A stretch of 57,645 nt of DNA, filler included, from Squatina squatina (lineage: Eukaryota), in the NCBI GenBank assembly GCA_031763465.1. It is 3 parts of 3 records of this genome, joined end to end, with 100 filler letters (N's around TTAATTAATTAA, not from the genome) between each part and the next. Parts side by side here need not be neighbours in the genome. Positions count along the whole stretch, not along the records: positions 13,366 to 42,184 come from JARFOE010000203.1; positions 42,285 to 57,645 come from JARFOE010000176.1; 1 more part is not named here. One strand, 5' to 3'. A program made the position numbers and the translations under genes. Of the stretch, positions 36,951-48,348 are shown one piece after another; positions within the stretch are counted from its first letter, which is position 1; each line of letters starts with the position of its first letter. A model generated the notes under the pieces. The model worked only from the letters and a program-made list of their open reading frames with translations, searched no databases and had not been told where the DNA came from.

Positions 36951-38499
36951 GGGCTATGGAAGGAGAGTGGGGAGTGGGTCTGATTGTAGGGCTATGGGAT
37001 TGATTGTAGGGCTATGGAAAGAGAGTGGGGAGTGGGGCTGTTTGTAGGGATTGGGATTGATTGTAGGGCTATGGGAAGAGAGTGGGGAGTGGGATTGATT
37101 GTAGGGCTATGGGATTGATTGTAGGCCTATGGTAAGAGTGTGGGGAGTGGGCTGATTGTAGGGATTGGGATTGATTGTAGGGCTATGGGAAGCGAGTGGG
37201 GAGTGGGACTGAGTGTAGGGATTGGGATTGATTGTAGGGCTATGGGAAGAGAGTGGGGAGTGGGGCTGATTTTAGCGATTGGTATTGAATATAGGACTAT
37301 GGGAAGAGAGTTGAGAGTGGGACTGATTGTAGGGATTTGGATTGAGTGTAGGGCTCTGCGAAGAGAGTGGGGAGTGGGGCTGATTTTAGGGATTGGTATT
37401 GAATATAGGACTATGGGAAGAGAGTTGGGAGTGGGACTGATTATGGGGATTGGGATTGAGTGTCGGGCTATGCGAAGAGAGTGGGGAGTGGGGCTGATTG
37501 TAGGACTATGGGATACATTTTGGGCTATGGAAAGAGTGTGGGGAGTGGGGCTGATTGCAGGGATTGGGATTGATTGTAGGGCTATGGGAAGACAGTGGGG
37601 AGTGGGGCTGATTATAAGGCTATGGCATTGATTGCAGGGTTATGGGAAGAGAGTCGGCAGTGGGACTGATTGTAGGAATTGGGATTGATTGTAGGGCTAT
37701 GGGAAGAGAGTGGGGAGCCGGAATGATTGTAGGGATTGGGATTCACTGTAGGGCTATGGGAAGCGAGTGATGCGTTGTAATGATTGTCGTGCTATGGGAT
37801 TGATTGTAGGGCTATGGGAATAGAGTGGGGAGTGGGGCTCATTATAGGGATTGTCATTGATTGTCGGGCTATGGGAAGAGAGCGGGGAGTGGGGCTGATT
37901 ATAATCATTGGAATTGATTGTAGGGCTATGGGAAGAGTGAGGGGAGTGGGACTGATTGTTGGGATTGGCAATGATTGTTCGGCTATGGGGAGAGCGCGGG
38001 GAGTGTGAATGATTGTAGGGATATGGGGAGAGAGTGGGGAGTGGGTCTGATTGTAGGGATTGGGATTCATTGTAGGGCTATGGGAAGAAACTGGGGAGGG
38101 GTACTGATTTTTAGGGATTGGGATTGATTGTAGGGCTATGGGAAGAGAGTGGGGCGTGGGAATGATTGTCGTGCTATGGGATTGATTGTAGGGCTATGGG
38201 AAGAGAGTGGGGAGTGGGACTCATTATAGGGATTGGCATTGATTGTAGGGCTATGGGAAGAGAGTGGGGAGTGGGACTGATTATTGGGATTGATTGTAGG
38301 GCTATGGGAAGAGAGTGGGGAGTGGGGCTGATTTTAGGGCTATTGGATTGATTGTAGGGCGATGGTAAGAGAGTGGGGAGTGGGAATGATTGTAGGGATT
38401 GGGATTGATTGTAGGGCTATGTGAAGAGAGTGGGGAGTGGGACTGATTGTAGGAATTGTGATTGATTATAGGGCTATGGGAAGAGAGTGTGGAGTGGGG
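36951..38499. repeat. ~57-bp G-rich minisatellite
   Basis: Unit gggctatgggaagagagtggggagtggggctgattgtagggattgggattgattgta; produces 19-aa-periodic ORFs. Confidence 0.95.
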
Positions 38500-39305
38500 N
38501 NNNNNNNNNNNNNNNNNNNNNNNNNNNNNNNNNNNNNNNNNNNNNNNNNNNNNNNNNNNNNNNNNNNNNNNNNNNNNNNNNNNNNNNNNNNNNNNNNNNT
38601 GCGAGTACCTTCACCACACGGACTGCAGCTGTTCAAGAAGGCGGCTCAACACCACCTTCTCAAGGGCAATTAGGGATGGGCAATAAATGCTGGCCTCGCC
38701 AGTGACGCCCACATCCCAGGAACGAATTTTAAAAAACTGCACATGCATGAAAATTTGAATGAGCCACTCAGCCTGTTAAAGGGACTATGCACCCAAAAAT
38801 AATTAGGAGAACATTAGTTGTAGGGCTGGAGGAGATAGTGAGGGACGAGGCCATGGAGGTAACAAGGCTGAGAACTTTAAAATCAAGGTGTTCCTTAACC
38901 GGGAGCCAATGTCAGTCAGTGAGCATATTGAAGCTATACCCCATGCAAAACTCAAATGGTTTGAGGTTAATTAAGACAATTTACACCTTCTGGCATAAAA
39001 TAATTGTCAATTTGAGGAATTGGATACTTCTCTTGGAACTCTCTGATTGGCATCTGGTGATGTTGTCTCTAGTTTTCCCATTTATTTTGTGTTTTGTTTA
39101 AGTTTATATGCAAATCATCTAACCATCTCATTATTATAAATACAAATCATGTTTCCATTTCATGGAAGCATTTTTGCTTCATTTAAAAAAAAAATAATTT
39201 CTCACTGAACACAATTAAAGCAAATTTCTGTTAGGTTGACAAAAGACTGATCAGAAAATAACTGCAATTCTGAGGATTCTGACCCAGCACTGCATATGTT
39301 GTAAG

Positions 39306-39822
39306 TTATATGACAGATGCTTCATGTTGGAAAATGTCCGTAACCCAGCAGATTTTCATGGCTCTTGAGTTCTTCCCACCATCATTCAAACAGGGACAGA
39401 AGTATGGGTAGAGTTTTTCAGTGAAATTATCAGTGAAAGTGTGGAGGTGGGACATGTTGTCCGCATTGTAAAATGATACTTGTCCGCCCTCGTGGTCCAG
39501 GTACACCCCAATCTTTTTGGGGTTCACACTCAGGCTCAGGTAGGTAGGAGGTGTGGTGAAAGCAGTATATTCATTATTTCGCAGGCCCAATCTCCAGTAT
39601 CCATCCTCAGGCATCCGCTTGATTCTCCCTTTCCTTTTGCAAGACTTCTTGGCTACCCCCAGATCCCACTCAGTCTTGTCCCCCAGCTCCACTTCCCAGT
39701 AGTGCCTCCCTGATGTGAATCCCTTCGATCCCAGAACACAGGCACAGCGATCAAACCTCTGTGGTATGTCTTGAAGCAGTTGCCGTTGTTCCCCCATTTT
39801 CACACTGGACAAGTCCTCGGAC
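39306..39822 (-). CDS. Second B30.2 (PRY-SPRY) terminal exon, 5' end lost in gap
   Basis: SEDLSSVKMG...PQRFD..ACVLGSKGFTSGRHYWEVELGDKTEWDLGVA...[30 protein letters not shown]; stop at 39306-39308. Confidence 0.92.
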
Positions 39823-40054
39823 NNNNNNNNNNNNNNNNNNNNNNNNNNNNNNNNNNNNNNNNNNNNNNNNNNNNNNNNNNNNNNNNNNNNNNNNNNNNNN
39901 NNNNNNNNNNNNNNNNNNNNNNGAGACAGTTGTCACTGCTGGGCTCAGCATTGTGGAGAGAAAAAGAGAGAGACAGTTGTCACTGCTGGGCTCTGCATAG
40001 AAAGAGAGACACACACAGAGTTGCCGCTGCTGGGCTCAGGTAGGCCTTAGGTAG

Positions 40055-40260
40055 CCAATAGGAAAAGGTGGGGTGGAGCCTCCTTTGTCCCCTAATTTGC
40101 ATAGTGGGGTCTAACCGAGGCGGTGTGGCGGGCGAGCGGGCGGCCAATAGAAAAAGGGTGGGCTGGCGGGCAGCCAGTAGGAAAATTGCAGTGAGTGGGC
40201 AGCCAATAGGAAAAGCAGGCGCCTTCTGATCCGCTCATTTGCATAACGGGGTCTATATAA
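40055..40260 (+). promoter_or_regulatory. H2B-type promoter: CCAAT boxes, octamers and TATA
   Basis: CCAAT at 40055, 40144 and 40203; ATTTGCAT at 40095-40102 and 40237-40244; TATATAA at 40254-40260. An octamer just upstream of TATA is the established vertebrate H2B element. Confidence 0.9.
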
Positions 40261-40322
40261 GGCGGCGCGGCGGCGTCAGGCGGGCAGTCAGATAGTCCGG
40301 AGGGGGAGTGGTGGACGACGAC

Positions 40323-40700
40323 ATGCCGGAGACCGCCACCAAGGTGATCGCCAAGAAAGGGGCCAAGAAGGCGGCGTCCAAGTCTCACCACAAGGGCGAC
40401 AGGAAGCGCCGGCGGGCCCGCAAGGAGAGCTACGGCATCTACGTGTACAAGGTGCTGAAGCAGGTGCACCCGGACACGGGCATCTCCTCCAAGGCCATGA
40501 GTATCATGAACTCGTTCGTGAACGACGTCTTCGACCGCATTGCCTGCGAGGCCTCCCGCCTGGCCCACTACAGCCGGCGGCACACCATGTCGTCGCGGGA
40601 GATCCAGACCGCCGTCCGCCTGCTGGTGCCCGGCGAGCTAGCCAAGCACGCCGTGTCCGAGGGCACCAAGGCGGTCACCAAGTACACCAGCTCCAAGTGA
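40323..40700 (+). CDS. H2B: Histone H2B, intronless, 125 aa, divergent
   Basis: [16 protein letters not shown]...[35 protein letters not shown]...[21 protein letters not shown]. Confidence 0.97.
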   Translation: MPETATKVIAKKGAKKAASKSHHKGDRKRRRARKESYGIYVYKVLKQVHPDTGISSKAMSIMNSFVNDVFDRIACEASRLAHYSRRHTMSSREIQTAVRLLVPGELAKHAVSEGTKAVTKYTSSK

Positions 40701-40727
40701 GAGGGCCCTCACCCACCCACCAACAAC

Positions 40728-40770
40728 GGCTCTTTTCAGAGCCAACTTCCACCCACTCTTGCCAAGGAGC
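40728..40770 (+). terminator. Histone 3' stem-loop and downstream (U7) element
   Basis: GGCTCTTTTCAGAGCC at 40728-40743; purine-rich AAGGAGCT at ~40763-40770. Confidence 0.93.
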
Positions 40771-41543
40771 TCTTTCCACCACCTGATTTGATTTACTTTT
40801 CGCTGTTGTACCCACCCCTCCCCAGNNNNNNNNNNNNNNNNNNNNNNNNNNNNNNNNNNNNNNNNNNNNNNNNNNNNNNNNNNNNNNNNNNNNNNNNNNN
40901 NNNNNNNNNNNNNNNNNNNNNNNNNGATTCCAGGCAAACTCAAAAATGCTTCATCTATCTCCATTGGGGAACAGTTGCTACAAAATTGCATGGTGAATAT
41001 CCATGCTGTATGGAGGAAGGTATGAGCACTTGCACTTCATTGTTGAAAGTACAATGTTCCTAATTAAGACATACCATTTATATTTTCTTGATCAAGAATT
41101 GTTCCTTTCATTTGCATACTTTGCTGCAAGGGGTAATGATGCATTGCTCGTGAATTGTCATCCATGGCTGATTTATGGTTATTTCATATTTTAATGTCGC
41201 CTCTAGTGTATATCCTCTTTTGAAAATGACTAATATTTTATGTCATGGTAAATTAAAATGGTTTGTACTTGAAACATTAAAGTAGGATTTAAACCTTTCG
41301 TTAATCTTCAATGGGTGGAAATTGAAATCAATTTATTACAGTTATATTATGATCGATACTATATCACGGTATCCTTTGAGTCATGTATCAGCATGAGAAA
41401 TGATGAACAATGTTCAAAGGTGTAAAGATTTTTCAAATTTAATCGATGACTTGTGGAACTTGTGATTTGGTAAAAACCTTATCCTGTGCTAGTAACCGTT
41501 CAGTTACGTTCTACAAAATCTGTAATCATGTGTGTCCATGTGA

Positions 41544-42184
41544 CTATAATAGGACTGGAAAGAGATGGACTGATCCAAGTTTTTCTTTAAACGCCCGAAT
41601 AACACAGGGCACTGCAGCCTCATTAGTCTCGGTAGTTACACTGTTGATAGTTTCCTTGATCAGACTGACAAACCTACTCAGAATGTCCAGGGCGAGAGAG
41701 CACAACAGGGGCTGTTCTCCACTCGGGGCTGCACAGTACTGTGTGACTTGCTTTCTCAGCCACGCCTGCTCAAATGGTACCGTCCGTTGGATGTACCGAT
41801 AATATTCATCAAAATTGTCCTCTTCCTTCAAATGCAACATAAGAGCCACTTGGAAGTTCTTTCGAAATTTGAATTTCCCACCTTTGCCTTGGTACCTGAC
41901 GTGCTGTACAATCTCCGGTCCCAGTTTCTTGTTAACTGCGTTCAGCAAAGCCGGTTCCAAACAGGATTTACAGAATATCTCGGCTCTTTGTTTGGTTTGG
42001 TCTTTTTTTCGGTAGATATTCTTGAAGCTTTTATAGTAATTTTTTTTCTCGTGTTGCAGCAGCTGGAGCGCATCGTTTTTCTTAAAGAACCTGTCCTGCA
42101 TCTCCTGAAATTTCTCCACGGCCAAGGAGCAAACATGGAGGCTGAACTCTGCTGTGAAATTTTCGTTGAAAGTGAATTCATTGT
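41544..42184 (-). CDS. Very large inducible GTPase (GVIN1/URGCP family), C-terminal helical region; 5' end lost at the linker
   Basis: Open for ~213 codons; EFSLHVCSLAVEKFQEMQDRF...KDQTKQRAEIFCKSCLEPAL...LGPEIV...LKEEDNFDEYYRYI resembles the family's post-GTPase region (recalled similarity). Confidence 0.78.
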
Positions 42185-42284
42185 NNNNNNNNNNNNNNNN
42201 NNNNNNNNNNNNNNNNNNNNNNNNNNNNTTAATTAATTAANNNNNNNNNNNNNNNNNNNNNNNNNNNNNNNNNNNNNNNNNNNN
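42185..42284. other. Artificial scaffold linker N44-TTAATTAATTAA-N44
   Basis: Same structure as 13266-13365; the 12-mer is at 42229-42240. Confidence 0.97.
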
Positions 42285-44742
42285 TTTTTGTATCATATTC
42301 ATATTTGACAATCTTCATTTGGTGGGAATATTCAAATCATTTATGTAAATGAGAAACAATGGCAGTCCAAGTCTGACCTTTCAGAATTCTATTTAAACTC
42401 TTTCCCTAATTTGACAGCAAATTTCTCACGAACACTCTGCTTCCTCCCTTTCAATTAACTTGATATCCCATTCCCTTCTCTACTCTGGATTCGCATGGCT
42501 TTGAATTAATTAAAAGTCTTTCATGCAGAAACATGTCAAAAGTCCAAATAAACTATACTTAAGGGAATTCCACTGTCTACTTTTATCTGCAATGTCCTCT
42601 AGGCCAAGAGATTTGAGCCTTGATCTTCCCTTTTAAAAAGTATGTTGGTTACTTCTCATCAAGTTATTAAAAAAAGGTGCTCCTCTAGCCTACTCCTTGG
42701 AAGGGTTTCTGAGGTTTTGCCGGGTATAACAGTTAAGCTCACAGCCTTTTCGTTGTCAGGCTTGGATTTGTTTTGCTTTTAAAAAGAGGTATTACTTGTG
42801 TTTGTTTCTAATCCTGAAGTGCCTCAGGATGATAGCTGAAACCTTCTCCCTGGTCTCCCTCAACATCCTTTGATACATGCCATCAGCACCTGGGACTGGT
42901 TTATCTTCAATCCCCTTAACGAGTCCAGTACCTCTGCCATACCGACTTCAAAATCCTCTAGGATATATTTTATGTACCAATTACACAGTGCTGAACAAAA
43001 GGCTGTACAGAACAAGAGATGTGGAAGCACTCTTAGGGTTAAAAGACACTATTCAAATTAGATTTAATTTGGACACTGAAATTAAAGCCTAAATGCAACA
43101 TTAAAAGAATGCCATCCCCTGATGGAGTAATTCACAAAAAAACAACATAAGTGAAGTCATCAATTTCACTGACAGTAAATCATAGCCTATGAAACTAATT
43201 TATGGTATATGACATTCTATTCAACAGGACTCTCTAATAAATAGGTTTTGCATTTTTTTTTAATACAGCACTTGCAATATCATGCCAGACTAGTTAATTA
43301 CTACATAGAACAAATGTCTTTCCTCTTTTTGTGCTCCTTGAGTAAGGGCTCGTGAATTGCCAACTTCGGAGTTTTTGTATGTTAATGAGACTTTTATACA
43401 AAGGACTAACCTAGAGTAAGCTAATAAGGAACTAGACATCACATACTGAGTGCAGCGTTGAATTTTCATTGAAGCGTTGAAACAAAAAAAATCAAAACTT
43501 TAAAAGCACAGTCTCAGCAAACAGCAGCAAATTAAACAAGTATACAATATTTGAATGGTTTCTCCCAAAGGGGTCCAGTGTGTTAAAACGGAATGAGATC
43601 CATGGTCCAAAGATCTTGATTGGCTTTTTCCTCCCATTTCCCTCAAATTCGTTCACAAACATTAAATTTATTATTTTGCACAACACAACCATGTCAGTCT
43701 TTTAAATGTCAACAGGTAATTACTGAATATTCTAGTGGAAAATTTGTTTGACCGATATCATGTACGCAAAATCTGCTTCGGTTATGCTTGTTCCTTCCCG
43801 TTCCCCAACTACATTACTCTCACAGCAGCATATCTGCTGCCTCAACACTCTTGAGAAATCAATGCCCCATTTGCCTGTTCTCAGAGATAAAGCAGATTCA
43901 CAGCCTTAAAAGTGTTCTGACCAATATTGTCTAACAAACTTCAATGCCATCCTTCCCCAAGGGCCAATGTAGAATTTTACTGAAGTCCTGTCTTAAAAGT
44001 GTTCATAAGAAAGAAGTTATATCTATGAAAATTTTACACGGGACCTAATTTATTTTGGAGCCCAATAGGCACTGTACGAAGACGAGACAAACTCGTTTCA
44101 TGTGGGATCTGCAGCCATTCAAAGAATGAGCTCTATATCCCATTAGTACCAACTGAATTTAAAGCCAGGCCCGAGAAATGAAAAGCAGCATGCTTTTCGG
44201 GATGGCAAAGAAGGAAAAAAGGCAGCTAACTGCACTTCGAGTATTCCTTTAGGTACAGCTTAAACTGGAAGATAAGGCTCCAGAATGACCTTCCACTAAA
44301 AATACTTCTCCATACCACAATGATAAATCTGTTGAAAAAAAGATTGTTGGACTTCTGTTCTTTTTCAGTTCCTAAAAATTCTTGCGTTCTTAAACTCACC
44401 CACATTTTCTTTTTTTAAATAATTTAAAACATGATTCAATCCCTATTTCTTTCCACCAAAGATGCAGCCTTGCCTGGGTTAACCTAGAAACAGAAAACTT
44501 GCACTGATAAAAAATTACAACAGAAAGCAAACAAATTTGAAATAAATACATTTGAAAATATATAAAGACATACACAGAAAGGGGTTTCCATTTATAACAA
44601 CGACTTCTTTTCTCATCAAATTTCCTTGCCTTTTCTTCTGAACTGGCATCTTGCCTCATGCTGGGATATCAGTCCACAGGCGCTAGCAGTCCACCAGTGT
44701 TGGGGCAAGGAGGCCATTTATTGTACAATTACATAGTTACAC

Positions 44743-44945
44743 AGGCCCAGAATTTGTGGCGGGTAATAACAGCAAATGCTGTTTGTTGGCTGTCATTACC
44801 CCTTTCAAGCTGACCGCAACTTAAGAATTTAGCGCATGCACATCCTAATGTGGAAATCCTGAGGTTGTGTTCAGTCAGTCACTGCTCAGACACTGGCTGT
44901 GCTATGGACCCCCCTCCCCCCCCCCCCCCCCCCCCCCCCCCCCAA
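44743..44945 (+). repeat. Dispersed repeat with subterminal palindrome, copy 1
   Basis: Colinear with 48028-48348. Confidence 0.75.
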
Positions 44946-47900
44946 NNNNNNNNNNNNNNNNNNNNNNNNNNNNNNNNNNNNNNNNNNNNNNNNNNNNNNN
45001 NNNNNNNNNNNNNNNNNNNNNNNNNNNNNNNNNNNNNNNNNNNNNCACAGGGCGAGGCTTCAGACCAACCCGAGAACTGCTCTGGATTGGATGATCCTAC
45101 GAAATCATATTACAGGTTGGGAATATAAATACCTGTCTATGCTTTGATTTCCTGGAGTCTGGTGGCTTCAGAGCAGACCTCGTCCAGTTTGAAGTCTCGC
45201 CTTTGTGCAGTTTACAAAAAAACTTCTCCAGGATGCACATTGATGCTTCCTATAATTGTCATCTCTGGAGTTGCCTAACTGGCAGGATTACCCTATTGAA
45301 GATCTCCAAGGCAGTAATGTAACTGACACTTGTATTTTAAATAAAATGAGCGGAAAGGTTTTTGTTCAAAGTATTCCCACGTTTGATAGGGGAATAAAAT
45401 AATTTCTTTTGATGTTTTGGTGACACTGTGCAACCTGGATCAGCTCCATAGTTATCAGCATTGGCACAACTTCCAAACAACGAGACCACCTCCCGACCCT
45501 AGGAAATCACAGCACAGACCTGGAGGACAGGATTTTCAACAAGCTGCCTGGGGGTAAAGCGGGTGTTGCAGACCGGCTGCCCATTATAGAAACTGCCCAC
45601 TTTTTAATTCCATTGATTATCAATGATAAGCTTCGTGATTATATCAAATTAAAAATCTACCCCAGGATCTGCAACACCAGCCTATAGCGTGGTTACCCAG
45701 AATCATGTGGCTACTAGGCAGTGTGTGAGGCTAGTTTTAAGTCACCTCTCTGCTTGATACTTCCTATGGAGCCACTCCATGACTGAAGTGTCCCAACAGC
45801 TAGGCAGACATGACTCAAGGGTCTCCATCCCAAAAAAAAAACCTTGAGCAGTAAGCGGTCAGATTATTTTCTTTTCCAAAATGGGGATTATTTTAAATAA
45901 AATGCATTCCTCAAACACCTTCCTTCCTCTCTAAGCCATCTATGAAAACTTTGAAAGCAAAATGGTCAGTATGCAACCAAACAAACTTTGGAACAAATTC
46001 CCATTATAACCAAAAAGAGCACAGCAATTAAAAAGCACACAAATTGCTTCATGAGATTTTTTAAGTTGTATGAAATTACAGCAATTCCTTTTGTAACTAA
46101 CTAGTTATTCACTTATGAGTTTTGTGCAGACTAGAAGCCTATTTGGAGTAGTCGCAACAGAAAAAATAGCTGTTGAAACAAAAATGACATTTTGTGAGGT
46201 GTGGAAGGGGCATGGAGGGGAAAGTACACAAAATATACAAATACTATTTCTACAAAAACTTAGTGGGTTAATGCACTGTAAGCAGATACTGGATGCAAAA
46301 GTTATTCCGTCATAAAGAAATTAGATGTGCCAGCAGTTGATGTAGTGGTTCTGTTTGAGCTTACCTAGTTAAACACACTAAAAATCAAGGCAAGAACCCA
46401 AGCAGAAAAATGGCCTCAGAAGAGCCATTTCCGATGCGTAATAGGCATGTACCCATCTGACATCATTTCTTGGAGTACATCCAACATACACATCTGTTTC
46501 TCCACTGCACAGTTCTATCACATGACTGACAACACTCTTTGTTAACCCCCACCAGGAGGTTGGATCGTTTCATTGACTGTGCCCATGGAGCTTGTCTTAC
46601 ATGTTTAGTTTTCCTACTCACTTCCTCAAAATCTGATCAGATTGTCCAAATTGTTTGGTGTTTGACTCCATTTGAATGGATTAAATGTTGAGGTAAGTAT
46701 TAATATTGTTATAAAAAATCAACAGTAATAACTTTCAAATTAAGAATACATATCAGAGGTTTCTTCCTCCATCCTGAACAAACATTGTACATCCAACGGA
46801 GAAAACAACCTCCCCTGTTTTTCTACCAATGGTGCTCTGTATCTCAGCCGAAGGATATCTTAATCTAAAATTGAGCCTTTCCCCATCCCCTTCTCCCTTC
46901 TCCACTGCAGAAACATTTAGCCTCCATAAGCTAACTCCACTGGAGCATTAGGCTAATTTTGAAACTCGCAATCTGGTAAGCAGTGGGCCATCATATCATT
47001 CCACCCAGTTAAAGGTAATTCTACAAGTACCATAGAAATAGAATTTTAACTCTTCAATTACACACTTTGCCAAAAGACTGTGAGGGCTCAAAAGAAACGA
47101 CACTAAGAAAATTTGGAACAAAATGGAAAACAGTGTAATAGGAATCAACTTATCTTGTGGCTGAAACAGTAAGTGAATAGACGTGATAACTGCTAACTAC
47201 GCTGCTTTTCATGTTTATACTTCTGCCTGGTGCACAGAACTCAGCCATATGTATAATATGGATGATGTGAAGAACCAACAGTGAAATCAGAGTGGACACC
47301 CACTTATTTACTGTCTTTTTGTTTTGCTGAAATGTTGGTCCACAAGAATCAATAGGACCTCACTCAGTGAAAGTCTGAGCACGAAGAATTTCTTGTTGCA
47401 AGCAAGAAGCGCCAAACAGCAGTTGCTTTATGATGTGATCTATCTATCTCTGCCTTCTGCATTTTCAAAGCTGAAGTAACACCAGATTTGCAATCACAGA
47501 ACAGTGCTTCAGAATCTTTATTTAGCACTGCTTTGGCATGAAGAAAATTGAAGGAGAAATCTAAACTCCCAGCTGGTCATAGGTACATCACGCAGTTTCC
47601 AGAGTTCAAAAACAATAGTTATATTCTCAAAGGTGGGAGCTTTATATGGACTATTCAGAGATTTAAAAAGAACAATGTACTTAATTTCAAAGGTTGTAGC
47701 GCAGTGTTCCAGGCAGCACCTATTGCATATATTAAAAAGATAGTGACCCCAAAAACCTGTGAGTCACTCTGCTGCAATAACAATGGTGGAGAAGGGCTTC
47801 TGTCCTCATATGCCCCTTGTCCATCCTAAATTTGGAGTCACTAATGTACTTTCAGGACCAGTATCTCTTAGACTGGCTGAAAAAAAATCATGAGCATCCT

Positions 47901-48027
47901 GTGATATTGGGAGAATGGCAGAAAAGCCATTGATTTTGCATCCTGCTCCTATCATGTGATGAGCAGCAGAGAAACCAGAACGGAATGAGAGGATAACAAA
48001 ATTATACAAATGGCTACAAAAAAGATT

Positions 48028-48348
48028 GACCCGAAATTTGCGGTGGGTAATAATGACGAACGAACAGCGTTTGTCGTCATTACCCCTCTGAAACTGATCG
48101 CAACTTCCGGATTTAGCGCCTGCACATCTAAACACGGAAATCCTGAAGTTGCAGTCAGTCATTCACTGCTCCAACACTGGCTGCGCTGTGGACCCCACCG
48201 CTATCCTCCCCCCCCACAACCCCACCATAGCCAGCAATCAGTGAGATCAGTGGAAATTTGGCTTTTCGATCTTAAACTCCCCATTAAATGTTACACCTTG
48301 TTGGACTAGGTGTAACTGGGATTTTAACATCGCATTGACTGGCTCTGA
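48028..48348 (+). repeat. Dispersed repeat with subterminal palindrome, copy 2
   Basis: Shares aatttg.gg..ggtaata...gtcattacccc...atttagcgc.tgcacatc...ggaaatcctga with 44743-44945. Confidence 0.75.

Noticed and set aside
40308-40322. N-terminal extension MVDDD on H2B
   Set aside because: Comes from a GTG start in the ORF track; the true start is the ATG at 40323 (MPE...).
40092-40583. 163-aa minus-strand ORF
   Set aside because: Antisense frame of H2B and its promoter; not H2A.
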